This document shows positions 46,228 to 54,755 of a DNA stretch of 64,000 nt, in pieces. Source of the stretch: a virus; IMG/VR virus record IMGVR_UViG_3300034072_001395, positions 1 through 64,000 of that record; one strand, written 5' to 3'. How positions within the stretch are numbered: the first letter of the stretch is position 1; every line of letters starts with the position of its first letter. The notes under the pieces were generated by a model that was given only the letters and a program-made list of their open reading frames with translations, was not told where the DNA came from and made no database searches. The translations under genes were made by a program, and so were the position numbers.

Positions 46228-46640
46228 GCCATCTCCGCGCCACCCAGGGCGGCGATGCTGTCGCGGATGCCCGCCGCTGCGAAGGCGAGGGCAAGCATGG
46301 CGTCGGTGTCGAGGACACCCTTGGTCTCCAGGGCGTGCGCGAGCGCCTTGGTGGCGTTCTCATCCGCACGGATGAGCATGTCCAGGGTGTTCTGCGCGTT
46401 GTCCGGCGCCCTGCTGACGGTCGGCGTACTCGCAGCGTGGCGCCGGTGCCCCGTGCGACCGCCCGGCTTCCGTCGCATGATCTTGTAGCCCTGCTCTCCG
46501 AGGCGAAGGGTCGCGGTGTGGACCCAGGCGTAGGAGCGGTTGAAGGCATACGCGATCTCCACGACCGAGTCGCCGCGCTCCCACATGTGCAGGAACCGCT
46601 CGGCATCTTGCGGGGAGAACAACCACTTCTTACGGCTCAT
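46224..46640 (-). CDS. GcrA/Myb-like HTH protein
   Basis: FS.QD.E.F..MW.RG.S..EIA..FNRS...V....RL pattern. Confidence 0.7.
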   Translation of the reverse strand: MSRKKWLFSPQDAERFLHMWERGDSVVEIAYAFNRSYAWVHTATLRLGEQGYKIMRRKPGGRTGHRRHAASTPTVSRAPDNAQNTLDMLIRADENATKALAHALETKGVLDTDAMLALAFAAAGIRDSIAALGGAEMA

Positions 46641-46711
46641 CGGTCACTCCAATCGCCTTGTTGGCGATCCACAGGTAGCCCACGCCGGCGGGAGGCGCCA
46701 GCCCCCGTCAC

Positions 46712-47023
46712 CTATCGATCGGCAACGTCGATCAGGGCATCGCGGATCTTGCCGCCGATCGTGAGCCTGACGGTCCGGCGGGGGACCGTCATGCGCTCCG
46801 CGCCGGTGATCTTGTCGACCATCATGCGCTCGCTCGTGCGCATGGCCGTCAGGGTGCCGAAGCCGCCGAGCGACACCTCGGCCGCGTCGATGTCCGGGTC
46901 GGTGAGCGCCGTGATGAGCGCGCCGTTCCGGGGGTTGAAGATCGCGTCGACGACCACGGAGGCCACTTCGACATCGACGCCGGCGTTCTGCGCGACGTGC
47001 GCCACGAGCTGCTTGTAGTTCAC
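46712..47023 (-). CDS. HU/IHF-family DNA-binding protein
   Basis: MNYKQLV..VA..AG, V.L.GFGT, R......TG, P..TVRL..GK..RD; AAGGAGG RBS, GTG start. Confidence 0.88.
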   Translation of the reverse strand: MNYKQLVAHVAQNAGVDVEVASVVVDAIFNPRNGALITALTDPDIDAAEVSLGGFGTLTAMRTSERMMVDKITGAERMTVPRRTVRLTIGGKIRDALIDVADR

Positions 47024-47499
47024 GGGGCCTCCTTGCGGCGGATGACATCGGCGAAGTTGCGGATGTGCAGGGTGTCGATCATCATCGGGGCGGCCAGGCC
47101 GCGCGCCGTCGTGCTCAGCGTGAGGATGAACGCGGTGCCCTGGTGGTCGACGCACCAGACGTGCCGGTTGGAGCGGTGCCAGGCCACCTCGGCGCGGCGC
47201 AGGTACATGGTCGAGCAGATCGGCGTGCCGTCCGAGGCGGGCGACGTGATGACCTCCCGCAGTCCGGCGTCCCGGTGCCACAGGTCGGCGTTCTCGCCGG
47301 GGCCGCCAGGGAGGATCCAGCCGTAGTGCGTGATCGCCGAGGACGCTTCACGCAGGGTGGCGGGACCGTAGCGGGCCAGGAGTTCGTCCACCTGAGCATC
47401 GGCGCAGGGCGCCAGGCAGGCGACGATCTCGGGCAGCGAGCGGAGGCGCCCGTCGAGGAGCGCCTCGTGGACGGCGTTGAGCCGTGGGTCGATGGTCAC
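47020..47499 (-). CDS. Hypothetical protein (159 aa)
   Basis: GTGA-coupled on both sides. Confidence 0.6.
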   Translation of the reverse strand: MTIDPRLNAVHEALLDGRLRSLPEIVACLAPCADAQVDELLARYGPATLREASSAITHYGWILPGGPGENADLWHRDAGLREVITSPASDGTPICSTMYLRRAEVAWHRSNRHVWCVDHQGTAFILTLSTTARGLAAPMMIDTLHIRNFADVIRRKEAP

Positions 47500-47900
47500 G
47501 ACGGCACCGAGATCGCGTCGTCGATCATCTCCGCCATGAAGTCGGCGTCGATGTTGCGGATGGCGTCGTCGATGTCGTCGGGCAGATCGGCGCGAGCCTC
47601 GTCGGCCAGGTCCCACCACGCATCGAGGAGCTGGTTGGCGGCGGCATCCCGTTCACTGCGGGATGCCGCAACAGCCTTGTCGGCACGCAGGGCCGCGACT
47701 ACGGCCATGACGACGGCCAGGTCGTCCTCGCGCGCGCTCTCGCCGGCGAACTGCTCCCAGGACTGGAGGACCACGCTCCCGGTCGAGCGGACGGCCGCCC
47801 AGGCGGCGCGGCGCGCGTCACGCGCCTCGCTGTGGCGCAGCTCGGCGGCCTGCGCCGCGCTGAGCAGGCTGCGGAGGTTGTTGGCGATCTCGCTGTCCAT
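47496..47900 (-). CDS. Helical hypothetical protein, array B member
   Basis: TGATG coupling; GGAGG RBS. Confidence 0.65.
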   Translation of the reverse strand: MDSEIANNLRSLLSAAQAAELRHSEARDARRAAWAAVRSTGSVVLQSWEQFAGESAREDDLAVVMAVVAALRADKAVAASRSERDAAANQLLDAWWDLADEARADLPDDIDDAIRNIDADFMAEMIDDAISVPS

Positions 47901-48280
47901 CAGTCCTCCGAGCCGCCGAACCGGCGATCGTCGAGGGCGCAGACGTAGTCGCAGAACTTGTCGCCGAAGCGTTCGCGCCCGGCGCTGTAGGCGAAGATCC
48001 TGTCAACGGCACACATGCCGTACCAGGCGTTGTCGAACGCCGTCGTGGTGTCGCGCGCAGACCAGTCGTGGCGGGGGCGGTTCTCGTAGCTGCGCCAGGC
48101 GTCGACGAAGGCACGCGCGTCCTCGTCCGTGTACGAGGGGCCGCTGACGCGAGAGGACGCCGCGTTGAGGGCGTTGTTGCGCCGCAAGAACTCGCGCTGG
48201 ATCTCGTCCGCGCGCTTCGACGCGGCGATCATCGCCTCGTAGAGCCCCAGCACCTTCTCGGTCACGTCATGCTCGCCCAT
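47900..48280 (-). CDS. Helical hypothetical protein, array B member
   Basis: MGEHDVTE start; AAGGAG RBS. Confidence 0.65.
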   Translation of the reverse strand: MGEHDVTEKVLGLYEAMIAASKRADEIQREFLRRNNALNAASSRVSGPSYTDEDARAFVDAWRSYENRPRHDWSARDTTTAFDNAWYGMCAVDRIFAYSAGRERFGDKFCDYVCALDDRRFGGSED

Positions 48281-48669
48281 CGCGGCTCCTTGCTGTATTC
48301 GGTGATCCAGACGGCACGGATGCGGCGCAGGATGGCGTCGTCCGCGTCGGCCGGCACGGGGCGGGCCATCATGTAGGCCGCCTCCGAGACGATCACGTCG
48401 TATTCCGACGCGAGCCAGCGCGCAAGCTCGGAAGCGCGCGTGAACTCGAACCACGCCTCCGCGTGTGCCTTGCCGAGCGCGTGCCAGGGCGTGTCGAGCG
48501 GCGGGCGGTCGTTGACGTAGGAGACGCGCAGGTTGGCGAGCGTGCGCTGCACGGCGGCGTCCGCCGAGGCGACGGCCTGGCGCGCGTCGAGGAGGCGCTG
48601 ACGCACAGCCTCGGCGTCCTCAAGCCACGCCTCGACGACGGGCTTGTCCATGTAGTCGATGCAGCGCAT
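48262..48669 (-). CDS. Helical hypothetical protein, array B member
   Basis: Starts in the GAAGGAGAACACCTGATG junction. Confidence 0.65.
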   Translation of the reverse strand: MRCIDYMDKPVVEAWLEDAEAVRQRLLDARQAVASADAAVQRTLANLRVSYVNDRPPLDTPWHALGKAHAEAWFEFTRASELARWLASEYDVIVSEAAYMMARPVPADADDAILRRIRAVWITEYSKEPRWASMT

Positions 48670-48684
48670 CAGGTGTTCTCCTTC
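48667..48684 (-). repeat. Junction cassette GAAGGAGAACACCTGATG (RBS + overlapping stop/start)
   Basis: Identical at 51850-51867 (-) and 63491-63508 (+); variant at 50482-50498. Confidence 0.85.
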
Positions 48685-48980
48685 GTGGCTTCCGCGCGTC
48701 CCGCGTAGTAGCCGTTCGCGTAGGCGATGCTGACCGCCTCGAAGATGTCGGTGGGCCGATTGGTCCCGAGCGCGAGCATGGCGCGGCGCTCCTCTCCGGA
48801 GCGCCTGTCGATGTCGCCGGAGAACTCCAGGCGCATGGTGGCGCGCATCTTCTCGATGTCGTCGCCCTCGACCATCGACTTCACGGCCGCCTTCAGGCGC
48901 TCGACTTCAGCCCTCAGCGCCGAGGTCTGCGCGCGGAGGTCGTCGTAGTCGGCGAGGGCCATCGTCACGGTCGAGGGCAT
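48669..48980 (-). CDS. Coiled-coil hypothetical protein (103 aa)
   Basis: MPSTVTM start with TGATG coupling; ends in KENT. Confidence 0.65.
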   Translation of the reverse strand: MPSTVTMALADYDDLRAQTSALRAEVERLKAAVKSMVEGDDIEKMRATMRLEFSGDIDRRSGEERRAMLALGTNRPTDIFEAVSIAYANGYYAGRAEATKENT

Positions 48981-49228
48981 CACCGCACAACGCGGGCCAC
49001 GCGGCGCACGATCATCAGCGGCGTCACGAGGATGGCGTACACGACGACGAGCAGGTAGCCGAGGATCCGCTGCGAGAGCGACAGGACCATGTACCGCTGG
49101 GTCGCGTTGGCCGCGTCGACGTGGAGGTACACGCTGGCCGCGGTGAGCAGCAGATAGACGGCCGCGAGGGCCGCCAGGACAGGGTGCTGGTGCGCGAAGG
49201 TCAGGGCGTCCGAGAAGAAGGGCATCAT
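48980..49228 (-). CDS. Two-TM membrane protein (82 aa)
   Basis: Two hydrophobic helices with a basic C-terminus. Confidence 0.65.
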   Translation of the reverse strand: MMPFFSDALTFAHQHPVLAALAAVYLLLTAASVYLHVDAANATQRYMVLSLSQRILGYLLVVVYAILVTPLMIVRRVARVVR

Positions 49229-49275
49229 GGCGAAGCTCCGTTGTACCAGTCAAGTACCCCGGCAGTCGGCGTGCG

Positions 49276-49617
49276 TCAAGGCTCTTGAGGCTCGTTTGCG
49301 ATGTGCTTCTCCAGCGCGAGGATGTCCGCCTGGCGCGCTCCGAACGGCCACCGCTTCAAGCGCTCGGCCAGCTCTCGGGCCGCGGAGGCCACGTCGAACG
49401 CCTCCTCCGTGCCGGCCATCAGGTCGCAGATCACGGCGCCCGCGTAGGGATGCGCGCCCCTGCCGTGCCAGCACTCCGTCACGAGGCTGATGTGCTGCTT
49501 CAGCGCCCCGCGCGACCCCCACACCTTCCCGTTGCGGCTGGACTTGAGGTACGACCCTCCGCAGGCGAACCGGCCGTTGGGGAGGCGGATCTTGAAGGCT
49601 TCGTTGCGCTGCATCAC
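49276..49617 (-). CDS. Hypothetical phage protein (113 aa)
   Basis: FKIR...G.F..GG......GKVW...G.LK.H pattern that I recall from other phage proteins. Confidence 0.7.
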   Translation of the reverse strand: MMQRNEAFKIRLPNGRFACGGSYLKSSRNGKVWGSRGALKQHISLVTECWHGRGAHPYAGAVICDLMAGTEEAFDVASAARELAERLKRWPFGARQADILALEKHIANEPQEP

Positions 49618-50057
49618 GCGCCTCCGATGAGCGACACGCCCGTGCGCGCGAAGGTCGACACGTCCGCGATCACGTTCTGGTCGACGAGCACCCAGGAGCC
49701 GTGGTAGCCGCGCCCAGCGGGGTCCTGCCAGTTCCGCTTCCAGACGCAGAAGTCGCCGTCGGCGCCGACCATGATGGCCGCGTAGCGGAGGGAGCCGCCG
49801 TTCTCGCGCAACTCCGCGCTCATGTAGTAGATCGCCAGACCGCGGTTGCCCTCGTCACCGACGATCATGGTCGGCGGCGCGCCGAGTTCCGCGGCGAGCG
49901 TGACGATGCGCACGGCCTCGGCGATGACCGCATCCGGCACATCGTACCCGGCCGTCGTGACGCGCATGCCTCCGCGCCCTTGGATGGGACGCAGCGCGTC
50001 GGCGAGGCGCCGGGTGGCCGGGTCGTCAAAGATGGCGAGGTCGTCGGTGTCAGACAT
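49614..50057 (-). CDS. Hypothetical protein (147 aa)
   Basis: Operon packing. Confidence 0.65.
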   Translation of the reverse strand: MSDTDDLAIFDDPATRRLADALRPIQGRGGMRVTTAGYDVPDAVIAEAVRIVTLAAELGAPPTMIVGDEGNRGLAIYYMSAELRENGGSLRYAAIMVGADGDFCVWKRNWQDPAGRGYHGSWVLVDQNVIADVSTFARTGVSLIGGA

Positions 50058-50484
50058 CGGGGTGTTCCGAGACGTACTTGAGGGTGGCCCACAGAGCGTT
50101 GAAGCTGGCGGCCATGCAGGCGCGCTTGGCGCTGTCGCACTGCCGGATCGTCGCCCTGCGCCAGTCGGCCAAGGAGTCCCCGGGCGAACTGCGCCAAGCG
50201 CGCTCGGCCTCCGTCATCCGCGCCTCCGCCTCAGCGCGCGCCTTCCGCGCGTCGGCCCACGAGCGGGCGTGCTCGTCCAGAGAGCCGTCGGGCGCGATGA
50301 CGTTCAGCGCCGGAGGGAGAAGGCCCGCGAGCCCGGTGGACCCGACCTCGACGTAGCCCTGGCGTTTGAGGCTATCGAGCAGAGTCGCCTCGAAGTAGTT
50401 CGCCGCAGTAGCGCCACGCGCCAGGATGAGCAGCGCCGCTCGGATGTCGGCGCGGGAGGGCTCGGGGGTCTTGCGGGGTGTCAT
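50050..50484 (-). CDS. Winged-helix + helical hairpin protein, array A copy 5
   Basis: ALLILARG...LDSLKRQGYV. Confidence 0.7.
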   Translation of the reverse strand: MTPRKTPEPSRADIRAALLILARGATAANYFEATLLDSLKRQGYVEVGSTGLAGLLPPALNVIAPDGSLDEHARSWADARKARAEAEARMTEAERAWRSSPGDSLADWRRATIRQCDSAKRACMAASFNALWATLKYVSEHPDV

Positions 50485-50936
50485 CAGGTGCTCTCCAGCA
50501 ATGCACGGAGTTCGCGGACGGCGGCCTGGCGGGCATCGCGGGCGACCATCGCCGCCTGCCCTCCGCGGTCCTGCGCTTCGTCGAGGCGGAGCTGCGCCAT
50601 CGCGCGCTCGGAGTTCGTCACGGTGCGCCCCCAGGCGCGGTTGGCTTCGCGGACATCGTGCGCGGCGTCCAGAAGGGCGATGTGCGCAACCGCGTAGGCG
50701 CGCAGCACGGGGGACACCGCGTTGCCCGGCGTGAGATACCGGATGCCACGGGGCGTGACCTGGCGCTGCGTGAAGTCGTCGACGCAGGCGAGCCCCCGCA
50801 AGCAGGAGAGCATGTCGGGCGTGTAGCGCCGAGCGACGCCGTTGGCGAGGTCGAGGAGCGCCTTGCGCTGGCCCGGCGTCAGCTTGAGGCCGGCGAGGTC
50901 GAGGTGGCGGTCTGGCCGGTTGTCGTTGTGCGTCAC
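50484..50936 (-). CDS. Winged-helix + helical hairpin protein, array A copy 4
   Basis: LDLAGLKLTPGQRKALLDLANG...VTPRGIR. Confidence 0.75.
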   Translation of the reverse strand: MTHNDNRPDRHLDLAGLKLTPGQRKALLDLANGVARRYTPDMLSCLRGLACVDDFTQRQVTPRGIRYLTPGNAVSPVLRAYAVAHIALLDAAHDVREANRAWGRTVTNSERAMAQLRLDEAQDRGGQAAMVARDARQAAVRELRALLEST

Positions 50937-51397
50937 TTCCACTGTACCTCCAGAATGGAACGGAGTTCTTCGCCCGCCGCGGCGCAGGGCTCTTGACACG
51001 CAACCCACGCATCTCCACGGCGGCCAAGTGCTTCGTCGTGCGCGGAGATCGTAGCAACGACATACGGGGTCATCTGGAAGTGGTCGCGCAGGTAAGCGTC
51101 AGTCATCACCCGCTCAAGGGAGCCCACTGCTCGATCCAGAGCGAGGTACACCGCGAAAGCATCAGCGTAAGCCCTGAGCGCCTCGGAGATGACGTGCCCT
51201 GGCGTGACAAGGCGGATGCCCTTCGGTGTCGCGCGCTGCTGGCAGTACGGATCGAGGAGGCCGGCGTTGAGCAGCGCGATCCGTGTGCCCACCGCCATGC
51301 GAGGGCAGGTGCCGAGGGCGCGGAACAGCAAGGCGCGCTTCTGGCCGCGGGTCAGCGTTATGCCGTCGATGTCGAGGACTTCTTCGATGGTCGGCAT
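50933..51397 (-). CDS. Winged-helix + helical hairpin protein, array A copy 3
   Basis: LDIDGITLTRGQKRALL...LLNAGLL...ATPKGIR. Confidence 0.75.
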   Translation of the reverse strand: MPTIEEVLDIDGITLTRGQKRALLFRALGTCPRMAVGTRIALLNAGLLDPYCQQRATPKGIRLVTPGHVISEALRAYADAFAVYLALDRAVGSLERVMTDAYLRDHFQMTPYVVATISAHDEALGRRGDAWVACQEPCAAAGEELRSILEVQWK

Positions 51398-51852
51398 TAG
51401 AGGATCTCCCGAAGTTCTGCGAGAGCCACATCACGCGCGCTGCGGCACTTGTCAAGGGCCGCCTCGTACTTCGCGTGCTCGGCGGTCACAAGCGCGGAGA
51501 GCTGCGCGCTCGTGAGGTCGGGGAGGAGCCAGATCCGTCCTGCTTTGCTCCACTCGTGTGCGGCGGCGACGTATGCGTCGTGCGCGATGGACCACTGGAT
51601 GAGCGACCACGGTAAGGCAGCGTCAGGCTGCAAGCAGCGAGCGCCGAGGGGTGAGACCGTCAAGCAGCAGCTCTCGTAGTAGCACAGGAGGCCCTTGCGC
51701 AGAAGCGCGTCGACCACCTGCTGTTTGTAGCGCACAGGCGCGCCAGTTGCAAGGTCGCGCAGGAGCGTCACCTGCGCCGCCGACAGTTTGATGCCCGTGG
51801 TGTCGAGGTGCTCGCGGGCGCGCTCCTTCAAGTCGTTGGCGATCTTGTCCAT
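51397..51852 (-). CDS. Winged-helix + helical hairpin protein, array A copy 2
   Basis: LDTTGIKLSAAQVTLLRDLATG...LLRKGLL...VSPLGAR. Confidence 0.75.
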   Translation of the reverse strand: MDKIANDLKERAREHLDTTGIKLSAAQVTLLRDLATGAPVRYKQQVVDALLRKGLLCYYESCCLTVSPLGARCLQPDAALPWSLIQWSIAHDAYVAAAHEWSKAGRIWLLPDLTSAQLSALVTAEHAKYEAALDKCRSARDVALAELREIL

Positions 51853-52286
51853 CAGGTGTTCTCCTTCAGAAGGTGCGCCCGCAGAGCCTCGACCATGCGC
51901 GCCTCGGCCTCGGCGGCGAGAACGCGCATCGCTTCGTGCGCTGCGGCAGCCGCTTCGATCGCGTCGAGCAGCGTCGGAGTGAAGTTCTCCCGGTCGTTGG
52001 CGTAGTCGTTCACGCCCGTGAGCGTGTGGCCCGTCTCCCAGTGAAGCGATGCGGCATCGAACCACGCCTTGTAGGCGCGTGTGCCCGTGAAGTCGCGGGC
52101 CACCATGCCCAGGCCGAGCGATGTGAGCATCCAGGGCGGTGACTTGTCGTAGCGCCCGCGCTGGATCAGGCCGGCGTCGATCAGCTTGTGGCGCACGGCC
52201 CGCGGGATGCCGACCAGCATGCCGGTGAGGGCCACTTTGCGCAGATCCTCGATGAGGTGCCCGTGGGCGGCGGTGTTCTTGTTCAT
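51852..52286 (-). CDS. Winged-helix + helical hairpin protein, array A copy 1
   Basis: LIDAGLI...LTSLG; GGAG RBS; ends in KENT. Confidence 0.7.
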   Translation of the reverse strand: MNKNTAAHGHLIEDLRKVALTGMLVGIPRAVRHKLIDAGLIQRGRYDKSPPWMLTSLGLGMVARDFTGTRAYKAWFDAASLHWETGHTLTGVNDYANDRENFTPTLLDAIEAAAAAHEAMRVLAAEAEARMVEALRAHLLKENT

Positions 52287-52316
52287 GGCGGCTGCATCTC
52301 CAGTGATGACACACAT

Positions 52317-52345
52317 CGCATAGCCGGCCGAGCGTCCGAGCGCAA
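52317..52345 (-). promoter_or_regulatory. Putative promoter TTGCGC-17-TATGCG for the leftward paralogue operon
   Basis: About 30 nt upstream of ATG 52286; same hexamers as 1128-1156. Confidence 0.55.
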
Positions 52346-52718
52346 GGGGGCGCCCCAGCGAAACAGGTTGAACGAACCATCCAGCCCTATGGCAGCCCCC
52401 CATGCGCAAACACTCGAACCACCTGGCAACTCCTACCCTCACCGGCTCGAACGGGTCATGCAAGGGCCAGATAGCCAGGCGAGACTCGGTGCGAGAACAT
52501 TCAGCATCCAACCGCCATCAGGCGCAACAAGACCACCGCACACCCCCGCAACATCACACGCCTGGGGACGTTCCATAACGGACAACTTCGCCCGTCAGTC
52601 GTCGAGAACGTAGCATCGGTCAACGATCTCGTCACCGGAAGGCGCCAAACGGCCGTTCGGGCGCGGAAAGTGGGTCCGTAGACCTACGGATGACAAGAAG
52701 TACGTTCGGCGAGAACGT

Positions 52719-52743
52719 CGTATCGGTCAACGATCTCACCACT
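52719..52743. repeat. 25-bp dispersed repeat, copy 2
   Basis: Identical to 40112-40136. Confidence 0.85.
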
Positions 52744-52763
52744 CGGCTGTGTCGCGGTGCTCG

Positions 52764-52789
52764 CAAAAAGCCCCTTGGAGGAAGGAGGC
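52764..52789 (-). terminator. Intrinsic terminator
   Basis: Minus strand GCCTCCTT-CCTCC-AAGGGGC followed by TTTTT. Confidence 0.5.
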
Positions 52790-53363
52790 ACATGGTGACC
52801 GCGATGCGCGGTACTTGTGGCTGTAGAGTATGAGCCGGATACCGCACACCGGCCGTCAGGTGCGTAGGTGGTTCGCCCGATGTGGGTGGGCTATCGGCAG
52901 GTAGGCGGGTGGGCGGGTGGTCGGTGGGACATATGTAACTGGAGTTGGCTGGAGAATGACACATAGCAAACGGAAGGGGTCGTGTACCCCCCGCGCGTGT
53001 GTCGCGGGGGGACCGCCCCGGGGGCCCTTGAGCTGGCGCATCGTCGATGCCCCCATCGGTGTCATCGCTGGGGGAGGTGGGGGGTGTCCCTCTCACCCGG
53101 GGGGTGGGCGGACATCCCCTCTCCCCGCGCATGACCGGACGGTCATCATGCAACGGGCGCGCGGGGCGGCCCCTCCCTTGAGGGGGGCAGACTCACCCGA
53201 TGACACCGGGCGCGGCGCGGCGGGAGCTCCGGTGTTCGGGAGGCCCGGGCAGACTCACCCGTGGTCGACGGTTCGGGGCGCCTGTCAGGGGACAGGGAGG
53301 GGAGGCAGGGAGGGGGGCGCTTGTGGTAGCTGCCCCGGCGGCGGGCGCCTTGCCCCGAACGCG

Positions 53364-53396
53364 AAAAGCCCCCCGGCGCGTGAGCACCGAGGGGCC
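53364..53396 (-). terminator. Intrinsic terminator after the 53465-53959 gene
   Basis: Minus strand GCCCCTCGGTGC-TCAC-GCGCCGGGGGGC-TTTT. Confidence 0.65.
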
Positions 53397-53464
53397 TACA
53401 GGGCGGGCGGCTATGTCGGGCGGGCGAGGGTACCGGCTACCAGGGAGGCGCGCTCCTTGCCCCC

Positions 53465-53959
53465 TTAGCGCCCGATGCGCGGCCCGTCCGTCCGGCGCAC
53501 CAGCTCCGCCACCGACGGGCGAGCGGCCCGAATCCAGGCGCCCCCGATGGCGAGGGCTGCCACGTAGCCCGCCACGGTGAAGCCCGTACCAGCGGCAAGC
53601 TCCAGCATCGTCCACGGGGCGAGCCAAACGGCCAGCGTCAACGCGAGGGCGCCCGCCCGATCCGTCTGACGGTCCGCGGCGAGGGCGGCCCGGCGGGCGG
53701 AGCGGGTGACAGTCTCCCCGATGGCGCGGGTGAGGGTCAGCGCGGCGCGCCCGGCGCGGGTGAGGCTGCCCCGGTTGATGCGGATCGACCCGATGACCCG
53801 CTGACCCTTCGCGCCCACCTTCGACCGGCGCGAGACAACAACGGCAATCTCAAGCCCGTCACAAGCGCGGGTGAGGATCGATGCGACAATCGCCAGCGCG
53901 GCGATCGGGAAGGCGAGCAGGTACGCGAGGGACAGAGCGAAGAGGGCGGGGAGGAACAT
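53465..53959 (-). CDS. Membrane protein (164 aa)
   Basis: MFLPALFALSLAYLL... with three hydrophobic segments; AGGA RBS; downstream terminator. Confidence 0.55.
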   Translation of the reverse strand: MFLPALFALSLAYLLAFPIAALAIVASILTRACDGLEIAVVVSRRSKVGAKGQRVIGSIRINRGSLTRAGRAALTLTRAIGETVTRSARRAALAADRQTDRAGALALTLAVWLAPWTMLELAAGTGFTVAGYVAALAIGGAWIRAARPSVAELVRRTDGPRIGR

Positions 53960-54059
53960 CGGCGGGATCCTGTGTCGGTTCGGGGTGCCCACACTGTCTA
54001 TCGAGCTTCCATGGATTGTCCAGCCTGTTTTATAGATAGCTGCACTATCCGTAGGAGGG

Positions 54060-54098
54060 TGTTTCATGCAATGTTTCACCGTGTTTCACCGTGAAACA
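54060..54098. promoter_or_regulatory. parS-like palindrome TGTTTCAC-C-GTGAAACA plus two extra half-sites
   Basis: 54082-54098 equals canonical parS TGTTTCACGTGAAACA with one inserted base; half-sites at 54060 and 54072. Confidence 0.5.
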
Positions 54099-54308
54099 TG
54101 CAAGTAGATCCCCGTACAGTCTACGATCCGATCCGCAAGGCGGACAGATTCTGTCCGGGCCCGTCCATCGGGCGGGCGGGCTCGAGCTTCGCCCGGAGTG
54201 ACAGATATAGCGGTGTCGGTGGCGGCCTGGTCGATCGGCTACGATCCGCATGAATAGCGCACCTTAGAAGTTTTTTCGGAAAGTTAGAGGTTTCGGGGTC
54301 GATTCTAC

Positions 54309-54337
54309 TTGGCACGGGGCGTAGCGTTGACTATGCT
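54309..54337 (+). promoter_or_regulatory. Early promoter TTGGCA-17-TATGCT
   Basis: AT-rich upstream region; precedes the first rightward gene. Confidence 0.55.
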
Positions 54338-54406
54338 TTGTGTGTCGGCGGGCGGCGCCCCCGACAGATTGACCGGCTCCCCTCCCCCTCCCTACAGGAT
54401 GCCCCG

Positions 54407-54682
54407 ATGACCTTCGCGCCCGATACCGTCGAATACTGCCTCATCACCGCCCGCGGCTTCACCGCCTCCCCCGCGGGCGACGCCCTGACCGCCCCGAACG
54501 GCTGCCACGTCTCCTGCCCCGTCTCCATCGTTGACGGGCACGTCAACGTCACCGGCCCCGATGGGAACGATGTGGAAGACGTGCGCGTTCCCGTCTTTCC
54601 CGAAACTGCCCCGGGCGCGGTCGCGGTCTTCGTCGCCATGGCGACCCGCAAGGCCGCTGACATCATGCGCGCCCGGCGCTGA
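54407..54682 (+). CDS. Early hypothetical protein
   Basis: AGGA RBS; MTFAPDTVEY. Confidence 0.65.
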   Translation: MTFAPDTVEYCLITARGFTASPAGDALTAPNGCHVSCPVSIVDGHVNVTGPDGNDVEDVRVPVFPETAPGAVAVFVAMATRKAADIMRARR

Positions 54683-54755
54683 CCTGCCCCTCTGCCCGGC
54701 CGGCCCCTGCCCCGGTCCGGTCGGGCTCCCCCTCCCACGTTTGGGCCCGCCCGCC

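Noticed and set aside
52632-53627. ORFs of 120-180 aa in the G-rich control region
   Set aside because: Low-complexity G/P/R translations on both strands, no RBS, and they overlap terminators
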